Source: a virus | Lineage: Duplodnaviria > Caudoviricetes | IMG/VR virus record: IMGVR_UViG_3300025108_000002 | Location: 1 to 63,259 of that record | Reading direction: 5' to 3' (one strand) | Length of the DNA: 63,259 bases | In this document: piece by piece, positions 55,789 through 63,259 of the stretch | Layout: every line of letters starts with the position of its first letter | How positions within the stretch are numbered: the stretch's first letter is position 1 | Made by a program: the position numbers and the translations under genes | Notes under the pieces: model-generated | Database searches by the model: none | What the model was told of the DNA's origin: nothing | What the model saw: the letters and a program-made list of their open reading frames with translations, nothing else

Positions 55789-58302
55789 TTATGCTATTAC
55801 TTTAGTAATTAATACTCTTATGTTTCCTGCTGGGAAACTACCTCCAGAAATACCGACTGCATTTGTAGAGGTTCTATCAACACACGCGTGTATTGTTTCA
55901 TAGTTAGTAGCATTATAGAGTTGCACTATTACATCATAAGATCCTAAATTGTGTGTTACTGTTCCAAACCCAGTTATAGTAGCAGCATATGAATTAACAT
56001 CATGTGTTGCTGCTGCTAGGTTAGATATGGTAACTGCTTTGTTAGTATCACTGCTTGCATCGTAAATTATTAACTCATCAGTAGTTGCAGGTGCACCACC
56101 TAAATTTGTTTGACCTTTAATATCAAGACCAACTTTTGGTACAGGGCCTGTACTGTCTGTTACTTTTATACCTCGTTCGTCACTTACTGTTGCAGCTGAT
56201 ACAGCTGTTACGTCACCTTGTGGTATAGCTGGGAAAGTAACTAAATTACCTTCACCATTTATATATTGACTAGAAGAACCAACAACATCAATATCTATAG
56301 CAGGTGTTGTGGTTGCACTACCAACGCTTACAGTAAACGCGTTTCCTTCGTGCGAAGCACTAACGCTAGTTACAGTACCACCTGAGTTGGTATTTGACCA
56401 AGGCACGTTGACTACTAAATTGTCTGAACCATCAACTTGAACCTTGTATGTTCTAGATGCTGTTGTAGTCGAAGTATTAGCAGCTGTGCTTTGAGTTCCG
56501 TCTACGTTTGCATTTATAGTGTTTCCTGATAAACTTAAACCTGTACCCGCACTTCTCTGTGTGTTTGTATCTGTCGATGTTATGGTTAGAGTATCTCCAA
56601 CGACAGCAGTAGACGCGCCACCGGCACCAACTATTGTTAACGTATCATTGTTATTATCAGCTACGGCTGTACCAGATGATGATGCTACGTTTTTGAATAT
56701 GTTTTGAGAAGAACCTTTATCTGTGTTAGTTAAAGTTGCTTGACCTGATGAAATGTTTGAGCTTATACCAGTTCCGCTTGGATTTATAAACATTAAACCA
56801 GGTGTCGAGTTAGTTGCAAGATCTGTATCAGATTGTACAACTATGAAATCTGCTTCAGTGGCATTACCTGCTGTTTTAGCTGTTTGAACTATAACAGAAT
56901 CTCCAGGAGTTAAAGGTGTTGCAGTGTTTCCAAAGAAATTACCAGCTGTAGTTACTACATAGTAATCACCTACTGATATAGCGACATTAACATATAAATC
57001 TCCACTTAGCGGTGAATCTAAATCACCCGTGTTGGCGTTGAAACCACCTTTGAATTCTAATAAACCTGTAAGAGCAGATTGTACGAAAGCGGTTGTTGCT
57101 ATTTTTTCTGAACTATCACCAGAAGACGGTGTGTCAACATAACCAAAACCACTAGCATCTCTAGCTATAAGTCTTGAAGGTGTAGAAGCTGTAGTTCCTA
57201 AAGCATTAATAGTAGGTACTGGGCCTGAAGCATTAGATATACTTATATAATCTCCCTCTGTAAGACCTGTTAAATCTCCTTGAGGAATATTAGGGAATGT
57301 TACTAAATCACCTTCACCATTTACGTATTGAGATGATGTTCCTTGCCATACACCTGTCATTGTGCCAGATCCTGTAATCGTGTTTGAAGCTACATTTAAT
57401 GAGTTACCGTCAGTTTTAAAGTTTACACTTGTAACACCAGATACTACTGATGACGATGCAAACGGTAAATCAGAAACTAAACCTCTTTTAACAGCGTCAC
57501 TAGCACTAGAGTCTGCATACATTACAAGATCAGTGGTAGCTATAGCAGTTCCTTCAGCGTTTGCAGCTTTAACTACAACGTTGTTTGTACCTGTGTATTG
57601 TACGTTTACTTCTGGAGTCGCTGTAGATCCGTCGTCTATTCTAATACCATCTCCAGCATCAATACCTGTTACATCACCTTGAGGCGCTAAAGCTATTATA
57701 CTACTTATTGATGATTTTTTTGTTAAGTTTGAATCGCTTACATCTTGTATAGCTACAAAGTCTCCAGTCGCTGCTGATACACTCGTTAATTCACTTACAT
57801 CTAAATTAATAGTTAAAGTATCTGTTGCGCTAACTGCTGTATCAATACCTGTACCACCTACAAATGTAGCTGTGTTTCCATCAGCTATTGCTTGAGGTGT
57901 TCCTGTATCTCCATCTAACGTCCATGAAGTATAAGATCCAGATGGTGTTGCCCATGTTCCATCACCTCTATAGAATTGAGTGTTATTTCCAGTTCCTCCA
58001 GCCAGTGTACTAGTTAAAGTTACAGCGCCAGTAGACACGTTGACTGAATTTGTTATATATGTAGATGTACCGCCAGCTAGTGAAGATACGCCTGAACCAG
58101 TTCCATCCATTTCAACCCATGCGCTTCCATTATAAAAATACATAACGTTAGTGGTGGTGTTGTAATACATTTGACCTTCTACCTCACTACCTGTCGCTGG
58201 TGCAGAGGTTTCATTGTCTATGACCGGAAGCACAAGCTCATTACGGTTCATTTCAATATCAGAGCCATTCATCGCGATGGCGCAGTAGTAATTAATAGGC
58301 AT
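55789..58302 (-). CDS. Tail fibre/structural protein
   Basis: T/S/G-rich with internal repeats (SSQYxNGEGxLVTFPxIPQGD twice); THNLG..DVIVQLY C-terminus. Confidence 0.8.
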   Translation of the reverse strand: MPINYYCAIAMNGSDIEMNRNELVLPVIDNETSAPATGSEVEGQMYYNTTTNVMYFYNGSAWVEMDGTGSGVSSLAGGTSTYITNSVNVSTGAVTLTSTLAGGTGNNTQFYRGDGTWATPSGSYTSWTLDGDTGTPQAIADGNTATFVGGTGIDTAVSATDTLTINLDVSELTSVSAATGDFVAIQDVSDSNLTKKSSISSIIALAPQGDVTGIDAGDGIRIDDGSTATPEVNVQYTGTNNVVVKAANAEGTAIATTDLVMYADSSASDAVKRGLVSDLPFASSSVVSGVTSVNFKTDGNSLNVASNTITGSGTMTGVWQGTSSQYVNGEGDLVTFPNIPQGDLTGLTEGDYISISNASGPVPTINALGTTASTPSRLIARDASGFGYVDTPSSGDSSEKIATTAFVQSALTGLLEFKGGFNANTGDLDSPLSGDLYVNVAISVGDYYVVTTAGNFFGNTATPLTPGDSVIVQTAKTAGNATEADFIVVQSDTDLATNSTPGLMFINPSGTGISSNISSGQATLTNTDKGSSQNIFKNVASSSGTAVADNNNDTLTIVGAGGASTAVVGDTLTITSTDTNTQRSAGTGLSLSGNTINANVDGTQSTAANTSTTTASRTYKVQVDGSDNLVVNVPWSNTNSGGTVTSVSASHEGNAFTVSVGSATTTPAIDIDVVGSSSQYINGEGNLVTFPAIPQGDVTAVSAATVSDERGIKVTDSTGPVPKVGLDIKGQTNLGGAPATTDELIIYDASSDTNKAVTISNLAAATHDVNSYAATITGFGTVTHNLGSYDVIVQLYNATNYETIHACVDRTSTNAVGISGGSFPAGNIRVLITKVIA

Positions 58303-58322
58303 AGTTTATTTTTTTAAATTTG

Positions 58323-59030
58323 TTAGTTTAGTATTGATGACCCCGCGACGCTTTCGTCAAAGTCAACTGTTATTGTTGTTGCGTTAGTATATGTTATACT
58401 TCCTTTTATTTCGTTTGGCGGATTTGCTGTGTCAGTTAACGTCACTGAAGGTTCTGCCTTGCCTGTTGTGTTATTTATAACCCATTGATTAGCTAGGTTA
58501 AAATTTTGTTTTAAGTTTACATCTCCACTATTTATGTCAAAATGTATCAATGTGTATTGTGTTCCTTCTGGAGCTATTATTCCGTTGCCACCAATATAAG
58601 TTAATGAGGCTATATAATAAAAAGCATCTTGCGGGTCTACACTATATGAATCTAAACTATAGTTACCAAATTGACTTATCTCATCACCTTGTCCTAATAG
58701 TATGGATCTACCTGTTATGTACTCTAGAAACTTTACTACATTCTGGCCGTTTAGTTCAGTTGTAGATATTCTTATCTCTGTTAAGGTGCTAAGTTCATCT
58801 CCAGTGCCACCACCGCCAGTTTTAGATATACTTCCATTTCCGCCGTTCTGTGTATTTGACCACTTAAAAGACATTTGACCACCTATATTAACTTTAGCAT
58901 TAATATTTAAATAAGTAGCTACTGCCGATGCAGTGAATTGCTTTGTTTGTTTATTACTGGCTTCGCTGCCTATCCAAGCATCGTTGTCAGTAACAGTAGT
59001 ATCAAATGGATACGAACTTATTCTTGCCAT
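58323..59030 (-). CDS. Putative tail structural protein
   Basis: MARISSYP start shared in style with the neighbour; beta-rich. Confidence 0.65.
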   Translation of the reverse strand: MARISSYPFDTTVTDNDAWIGSEASNKQTKQFTASAVATYLNINAKVNIGGQMSFKWSNTQNGGNGSISKTGGGGTGDELSTLTEIRISTTELNGQNVVKFLEYITGRSILLGQGDEISQFGNYSLDSYSVDPQDAFYYIASLTYIGGNGIIAPEGTQYTLIHFDINSGDVNLKQNFNLANQWVINNTTGKAEPSVTLTDTANPPNEIKGSITYTNATTITVDFDESVAGSSILN

Positions 59031-59037
59031 GTTTTTA

Positions 59038-59586
59038 TTATATTACTTGATATCTAACCGTAATAGAAACAAATCCTGTTCCTGTAATGGTAGCTGAGCT
59101 TATTACTCCAAAAGTTACAGGACTGTTAAGAGCAGGTGATGTAGCTCTTAAAGCAAAAACATCTATTTGACCTGTAGTGTCTGTATCTCCAAAAGAAGCA
59201 GGTATGCTAGCCTGTATGGAATCTGCATTTATGTTGCTGTAAGAAGCCTGCGCTCCTAGAACAAGATCAGCATTCCAATTTAAAGACGTTAAAGGATTTG
59301 TCGGGTAACCTAACACTGTTAAGTAAGCTTGAGTCACAAGTGTTCTCCCTGCTTGAGCTGGCACGATAGTTATTGCTGAAGTTGCTAAAGCTAGCCACTC
59401 TGCATTTGTTAATGTTCTTGTTACTTCCGTGTAGTCCTTGGTTATTAGTGTAGATATTTGACCTACCGAGAAGTTTCTTGTTAAATTCTTTTTAGTACCG
59501 TCTGATTGCACAACGTCCATCTGCGTTCCTACTAGCATAGTGTTTACTGCTGCCGTACCTTGTGGATATGCTTGTATTTCTGCCAT
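59038..59586 (-). CDS. Putative tail structural protein
   Basis: MAEIQAYP...TRNFSVGQI; first gene of the late arm. Confidence 0.65.
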   Translation of the reverse strand: MAEIQAYPQGTAAVNTMLVGTQMDVVQSDGTKKNLTRNFSVGQISTLITKDYTEVTRTLTNAEWLALATSAITIVPAQAGRTLVTQAYLTVLGYPTNPLTSLNWNADLVLGAQASYSNINADSIQASIPASFGDTDTTGQIDVFALRATSPALNSPVTFGVISSATITGTGFVSITVRYQVI

Positions 59587-59613
59587 AATAGTTTATTAGT
59601 TTCTTATACTATA

Positions 59614-59642
59614 TATACTTACAGGTAAAGTGAGGTTTTTAC
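59614..59642 (-). promoter_or_regulatory. Class II promoter-like motif at the start of the late arm
   Basis: GTAAA-N15-GTAAGTATA. Confidence 0.6.
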
Positions 59643-59646
59643 AAGT

Positions 59647-59690
59647 GTGACACTAGCCCATTACTTATACTTCTTAAAAGGCTAATGTCC
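59647..59690. promoter_or_regulatory. Bipartite inverted-repeat operator-like site
   Basis: GTGACActAGCCC-N20-GGCTAATGTCC; matches 3719-3763. Confidence 0.65.
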
Positions 59691-59857
59691 TATTTTAAAA
59701 AAATATCACAAATAGAGAGCTGTAGCGTCCCTACTCTCCTCTGATATTGCTAATTTTTCAGTAAAATCGTTTCATATTTGCCAGCCCCGGCGACTTTTTA
59801 TCATGTTTTACACATACTTTTAACATTTTTTCTAGATATATCATAATCTTTCATCTT

Positions 59858-59890
59858 TTACAAACGAAATATTGTAGGCAACAGATAATA
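59858..59890 (+). promoter_or_regulatory. Class I promoter-like motif
   Basis: TTACAAACGAAATA-N9-ACAGATAATA. Confidence 0.75.
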
Positions 59891-59919
59891 TAGACGAATA
59901 ACAACTAATAATAACAACT

Positions 59920-60027
59920 ATGTTTAAAAAAGAAAATCTACCTGAAACAATTGGCTTAACAATCACATTCTTATTCATCATTCCATGTCTAACTTGTGTA
60001 ACTGTCTCAATCATTCACTCATTATAA
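59920..60027 (+). CDS. Small membrane protein (35 aa)
   Basis: MFKKENLPETIGLTITFLFIIPCL... after a class I motif. Confidence 0.55.
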   Translation: MFKKENLPETIGLTITFLFIIPCLTCVTVSIIHSL

Positions 60028-60031
60028 CTAC

Positions 60032-60116
60032 ATGACACAATGACATGACAGTAAGTCACTGATAACTATGACAATATGTCTTCATGACAATATGACATAA
60101 CTATGACATTATGACA
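60032..60116. repeat. Cluster of eight ATGACA repeats (iteron-like)
   Basis: ATGACA at 60032, 60040, 60045, 60068, 60084, 60092, 60103, 60111. Confidence 0.9.
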
Positions 60117-60168
60117 TTGCAGCCAGTACTTTCAACACATTACTAACAACTAAATAAATATACAACTT

Positions 60169-60201
60169 TTACAAACAAAATATTCTATCAAACAGATAAT
60201 A
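60169..60201 (+). promoter_or_regulatory. Class I promoter-like motif
   Basis: TTACAAACAAAATA-N9-ACAGATAATA. Confidence 0.75.
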
Positions 60202-60249
60202 TAAATGTAACTAACAAATAATAATAATAACTAATAAAATAATAATACT

Positions 60250-60360
60250 ATGTCTTCTAAATACTTAAACATTTCTTTCAACTTATATGGCAAACACTTC
60301 AATAAGTTAACTAAAGAACAAAAAGATAAAGTCATTGAAATCTATTATGACTTCTACTAA
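60250..60360 (+). CDS. Small early protein (36 aa)
   Basis: MSSKYLNISFNLYGK... between two class I motifs. Confidence 0.6.
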   Translation: MSSKYLNISFNLYGKHFNKLTKEQKDKVIEIYYDFY

Positions 60361-60367
60361 AATCTTT

Positions 60368-60400
60368 TTACAAACAAAATACTGTGCTAAACAGATAATA
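60368..60400 (+). promoter_or_regulatory. Class I promoter-like motif
   Basis: TTACAAACAAAATA-N9-ACAGATAATA. Confidence 0.75.
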
Positions 60401-60442
60401 TAATAAACTAATAAATAATAATAATAAATAAATAAATAAACT

Positions 60443-60673
60443 ATGTCAAATTTAATTTCTAAAAGATTCGTAATCAGAAAATCTTTAATCGGTAAAAATC
60501 AAAACATTACTGTCAATTTCAAAAACGGTAAAACTTGTACTTATAATCATGATAAAGTATTCGAAATTATGAAAAGTAAACTAGAAACAATGCCATGTTT
60601 CATCAAGTATAAATCTTATACTTCTTCAAATAATGTACCAGTTTCAGTAAGAAATGTAGTCGAAGTACAGTAA
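60443..60673 (+). CDS. Early hypothetical protein
   Basis: KRFVIRKSLIG...YNHDKVF. Confidence 0.75.
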   Translation: MSNLISKRFVIRKSLIGKNQNITVNFKNGKTCTYNHDKVFEIMKSKLETMPCFIKYKSYTSSNNVPVSVRNVVEVQ

Positions 60674-60692
60674 ACTACATTTCAAAACAAAA

Positions 60693-60764
60693 TATCACAC
60701 GGGTGACTGTCCGAACCTGTGGCCTTGGAGCAGGCTTAACTGGGCAGATTAAATACAAGTGATA
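60693..60764 (+). ncRNA. Putative structured RNA hairpin
   Basis: TATCAC/GTGATA, CTGTCC/GGGCAG, GGCCT/AGGCT nested stems, GC-rich and intergenic. Confidence 0.5.
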
Positions 60765-60765
60765 A

Positions 60766-60809
60766 AGATATAATGGTTGATGTGAGTTCGATTCTCACCA
60801 TATCTACAA
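60766..60809 (+). ncRNA. tRNA minihelix-like RNA (acceptor stem plus T-arm)
   Basis: AGATAT/ATATCT, T-arm GTGAG-TTCGATT-CTCAC, then A-CAA. Confidence 0.6.
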
Positions 60810-60836
60810 ACAAAATAATTTTTAATACAGATAATA
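60804..60836 (+). promoter_or_regulatory. Class I promoter-like motif
   Basis: CTACAAACAAAATA-N9-ACAGATAATA. Confidence 0.7.
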
Positions 60837-60843
60837 TAATAAA

Positions 60844-60975
60844 ATGAAACGTATAAAATACATATCGCTCTTATCACTCTGGCTACAAAGTAACCATGAA
60901 ATACTACCAGTTCTTCCACAAGAATTACTCGATGAAGTATATGTATACCAACGCTTTCAAACTAAACTAATATAA
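60844..60975 (+). CDS. Small early protein (43 aa)
   Basis: MKRIKYISLLSLW... after a class I motif. Confidence 0.55.
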   Translation: MKRIKYISLLSLWLQSNHEILPVLPQELLDEVYVYQRFQTKLI

Positions 60976-60977
60976 CT

Positions 60978-61112
60978 ATGCAATTTATACTAAATCTACC
61001 TAACGGTAAACAAATCGATATGTCAAGTGACGTACTAAAACAAATAAAAGGCGAGATATCTCGTAAAGATGTTCAAGACAGAATAGACTTTTATCAATCA
61101 ACTAATAAATAA
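60978..61112 (+). CDS. Small early protein (44 aa)
   Basis: MQFILNLPNGKQIDM...; tiles the gap. Confidence 0.65.
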   Translation: MQFILNLPNGKQIDMSSDVLKQIKGEISRKDVQDRIDFYQSTNK

Positions 61113-61116
61113 TACT

Positions 61117-61314
61117 ATGCAATTTCAAGATTATCCTGCAGAGCAAATAGCTGCAAAACTAGAACAAATAAATAAATTCGAAGCACAATTCGGTGAAAAA
61201 CCTGTGAGTAAATCATGGCGTAAATGGTGTACTGACTACGAATATCGTAAGCGTGAGTGGCAGTTTCGTCAAGGTGTTGCAAACAGTATTCAACCTAATA
61301 TTGACTACAGATGA
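61117..61314 (+). CDS. Early hypothetical protein
   Basis: ORF with typical leader. Confidence 0.7.
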   Translation: MQFQDYPAEQIAAKLEQINKFEAQFGEKPVSKSWRKWCTDYEYRKREWQFRQGVANSIQPNIDYR

Positions 61315-61457
61315 AAAGAAATCACTCACACAATAGAATAATAAGAATAACTCGTGCTCAAATAGAATCAATAGAGCGACAGTATTGGACAAGATATAAT
61401 AATGATTCATTAGAATCTATGTTATATTACAAACAAAATAACATTACTAACAGATAA
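61311..61457 (+). CDS. Small early protein (48 aa)
   Basis: ATGA-coupled MKRNHSHNRII...YKQNNITNR. Confidence 0.6.
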   Translation: MKRNHSHNRIIRITRAQIESIERQYWTRYNNDSLESMLYYKQNNITNR

Positions 61458-61459
61458 TA
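61427..61459 (+). promoter_or_regulatory. Class I promoter-like motif
   Basis: TTACAAACAAAATA-N9-ACAGATAATA. Confidence 0.75.
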
Positions 61460-61471
61460 TAATAAAAAACT

Positions 61472-61663
61472 ATGCAAACAATTAAATTCTTACCAAACAA
61501 TCACATTAAATTATCAAACAAAACCTACAAAGGCTATCACGTCGGCGAATTACCTCCTAAATTTGCTTTTATCTACGACGAAGATAGTGACAAAGACGGT
61601 ATTAGCTCTTGGTTTAACTACAAAGGTTTAACATACATCGAAAAAACTATGTTACCATGGTAG
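61472..61663 (+). CDS. Early hypothetical protein
   Basis: ORF after a class I motif. Confidence 0.7.
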   Translation: MQTIKFLPNNHIKLSNKTYKGYHVGELPPKFAFIYDEDSDKDGISSWFNYKGLTYIEKTMLPW

Positions 61664-61908
61664 TTACTAACATGAAAGAGCTGTGCGCCTATGCAAAAGC
61701 ACAACGAAAACTTAGAGCAGACGGGCATAGACGTCTAACTCTTCACAACGGCACGTGTAGTGGACTCACTGATGCAGAGTACAATCGAGTACGATACAGG
61801 CAGAAATCTACATTCAGCAAAGCACGAAAGTTCACTCACAACCGTATGTGGCGAGAAACATCAAAGAAATTTACAACAGAACAATTAAAACAAATAAAAA
61901 CCCTATGA
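61657..61908 (+). CDS. Early basic hypothetical protein
   Basis: Overlap-coupled ORF. Confidence 0.65.
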   Translation: MVVTNMKELCAYAKAQRKLRADGHRRLTLHNGTCSGLTDAEYNRVRYRQKSTFSKARKFTHNRMWRETSKKFTTEQLKQIKTL

Positions 61909-62306
61909 GAAATTTAGAACAAGAAAATATGGACTGGAAACAAAGACGTATAGAGTTAGTAGATTTATTCGCTAAACGTATGCTTGTAGAATATAATATT
62001 AAAGAAATGACTACTGACAGACAAAAGAAAAATGGCACAAGACAATTTGTGTTACCTAACGGCGACCAACTTGCGTCGTATAAAACAGGCTATGTTAGAA
62101 GATGTAACTCAAGCGACAGAATATATCAACTAAACAAAGTATATAAGCGCGAAGAAAGATGGACAGTCGTACAAGACGGTGAGCTAAAAACTTTAAAAGC
62201 TACGTGTTATGCTAGAGAATTAATACATGACCCGCTTGCGAGACTAATGTACATCATAGACTTTTGCAAAAGAAATTATAATATGAGAAACTTAACAATG
62301 TATTAA
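61905..62306 (+). CDS. Early hypothetical protein
   Basis: ATGA-coupled start MRNLEQ at 61905; ASYKTGYVRR...YQLNK. Confidence 0.7.
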   Translation: MRNLEQENMDWKQRRIELVDLFAKRMLVEYNIKEMTTDRQKKNGTRQFVLPNGDQLASYKTGYVRRCNSSDRIYQLNKVYKREERWTVVQDGELKTLKATCYARELIHDPLARLMYIIDFCKRNYNMRNLTMY

Positions 62307-62307
62307 T

Positions 62308-62502
62308 ATGAGTAAAATGTCAGAATTGGATTTGATTGCACAAGGTGTAGCAGACCACATGAAAGAATTATTATATGACACTGTAGAGTGGCAGATAGCT
62401 GAGCAACCTGTTGACGGCGATGATTATAACGCGTTACACAGTATGGTTATGAATAAAGCTATAGAATATCTTTACAAACAAAATAATATAACTAACAGAT
62501 AA
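62308..62502 (+). CDS. Early hypothetical protein
   Basis: MSKMSELD...; ends inside a class I motif. Confidence 0.7.
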   Translation: MSKMSELDLIAQGVADHMKELLYDTVEWQIAEQPVDGDDYNALHSMVMNKAIEYLYKQNNITNR

Positions 62503-62504
62503 TA
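62472..62504 (+). promoter_or_regulatory. Class I promoter-like motif (upstream of the Zn-finger gene and RNA array)
   Basis: TTACAAACAAAATA-N9-ACAGATAATA. Confidence 0.75.
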
Positions 62505-62532
62505 TAAATGTAACAAATAAAAATAAATAACT

Positions 62533-62721
62533 ATGTATTGTAAATGCGGCACAGAAGTGCACCCTGTAAGATTAAAGTTAGGCTACAAAACTTGTATGCC
62601 TTGCTCAACGACTCAAACGTACTCGTATGTTCCTATCATCGAGCACAAAACAGGTAATACAATACAAATCGTCAGCCAAGAAGTTAGCGCCTCTGTACAC
62701 AGAGCTTGGCGACGTAAATGA
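62533..62721 (+). CDS. C4 zinc-finger protein (DksA/TraR-like finger)
   Basis: CKCG.EVHPVRL.LGYKTCMPC. Confidence 0.6.
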   Translation: MYCKCGTEVHPVRLKLGYKTCMPCSTTQTYSYVPIIEHKTGNTIQIVSQEVSASVHRAWRRK

Positions 62722-62750
62722 TGGAAGAACCGTAATGGTCCATCAAAAAT

Positions 62751-63259
62751 GCTAGACGAGTAGCTTAACTAGGTATGATTAAAGGCGAACGAAGATTAAT
62801 TAGAAGCATCATTGCATCACCTTCTATTCGGCTCGATGATTACACATAAGTGAATAGCTAGCGGGAACTAGGTCAGGTTAGAGACGCAAGACAGGCTTCG
62901 CGACTCGGGCTACCGACGGGTATGAGGTTCGAATCCTCACTAGTTACAAATAGTACAGTATCACGGGTTGCAGAGTAATTTACTGCATGCACGGTGGAAG
63001 TCCGATTGTTGAAGCGGTGAGGGATCGTTATGAACTCGTGGAAACAGAGATAACTGTATTTATAAGCAGTAGTAAGTATAAGTCAGGGTACATACCGGTA
63101 AATGACGTGCATCTTATTACTGCTTTATGGGCGTGAAATGGTTAGACTACAAAATAGGTGGGCGAATGCTGTAAAGATACCGCGAGGAGCGGTACCTAAA
63201 TTGTAGTAACGCAGGTTCGATTCCTGCCACGTCCACTAATTTTAAATATAAACTATGAA
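62751..63259. repeat. Terminal direct repeat, right copy (includes the RNA array; mini-tmRNA at 63129-63238)
   Basis: Identical to 1-509. Confidence 0.97.

Noticed and set aside
59858-62504. CRISPR array
   Set aside because: Repeats are bipartite, irregularly spaced by hundreds of bases and separated by genes; no cas genes
1-63259. Integrase, transposase, intron or intein
   Set aside because: None recognised; terL, nrdA, nrdB and the helicase appear uninterrupted
1-63259. Stop-codon reassignment as in some crAss-like phages
   Set aside because: Genes tile densely and are full length under the standard bacterial code; no suppressor tRNA seen

Overview
This window looks like a complete ~62.75-kb dsDNA phage genome (bases 1-509 are repeated exactly at 62751-63259). 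It is AT-rich with A-rich, Shine-Dalgarno-less start contexts, which suggests a Bacteroidota (flavobacterial) host, and its structural module is crAss-like/podoviral (both inferences). The + arm runs from 59920 through the junction to 14582. It holds small early genes behind seven copies of one promoter-like motif, an array of structured non-coding RNAs, DNA ligase, a DenV-type glycosylase, an HTH protein, a sigma factor, ERF, exonuclease, SSB, primase-helicase, a dCMP-type thymidylate-synthase homologue, MazG-like proteins, a resolvase and NrdB/NrdA. The - arm runs from 59586 to 14740. It holds tail fibres, GroEL/GroES, many small SP[FL]-motif proteins, holin, terminase, portal, scaffold, capsid, tail proteins, ejection proteins including a 2959-aa multidomain protein, and an amidase endolysin. 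No DNA or RNA polymerase was recognised. Most interesting observations: (1) a ~110-nt mini-tmRNA lacking the mRNA-like domain, inside an array of tRNA-like RNAs, plus a separate tRNA minihelix; (2) a 218-codon lipoprotein-like gene overprinted inside terL; (3) a sigma-region-2-like segment in the giant virion protein, which could explain the non-host-type early promoters; (4) a second promoter class and a TGACA operator/iteron set; (5) a probable cytosine-modification pathway. All assignments were made by eye from motifs; no searches or folding programs were run.
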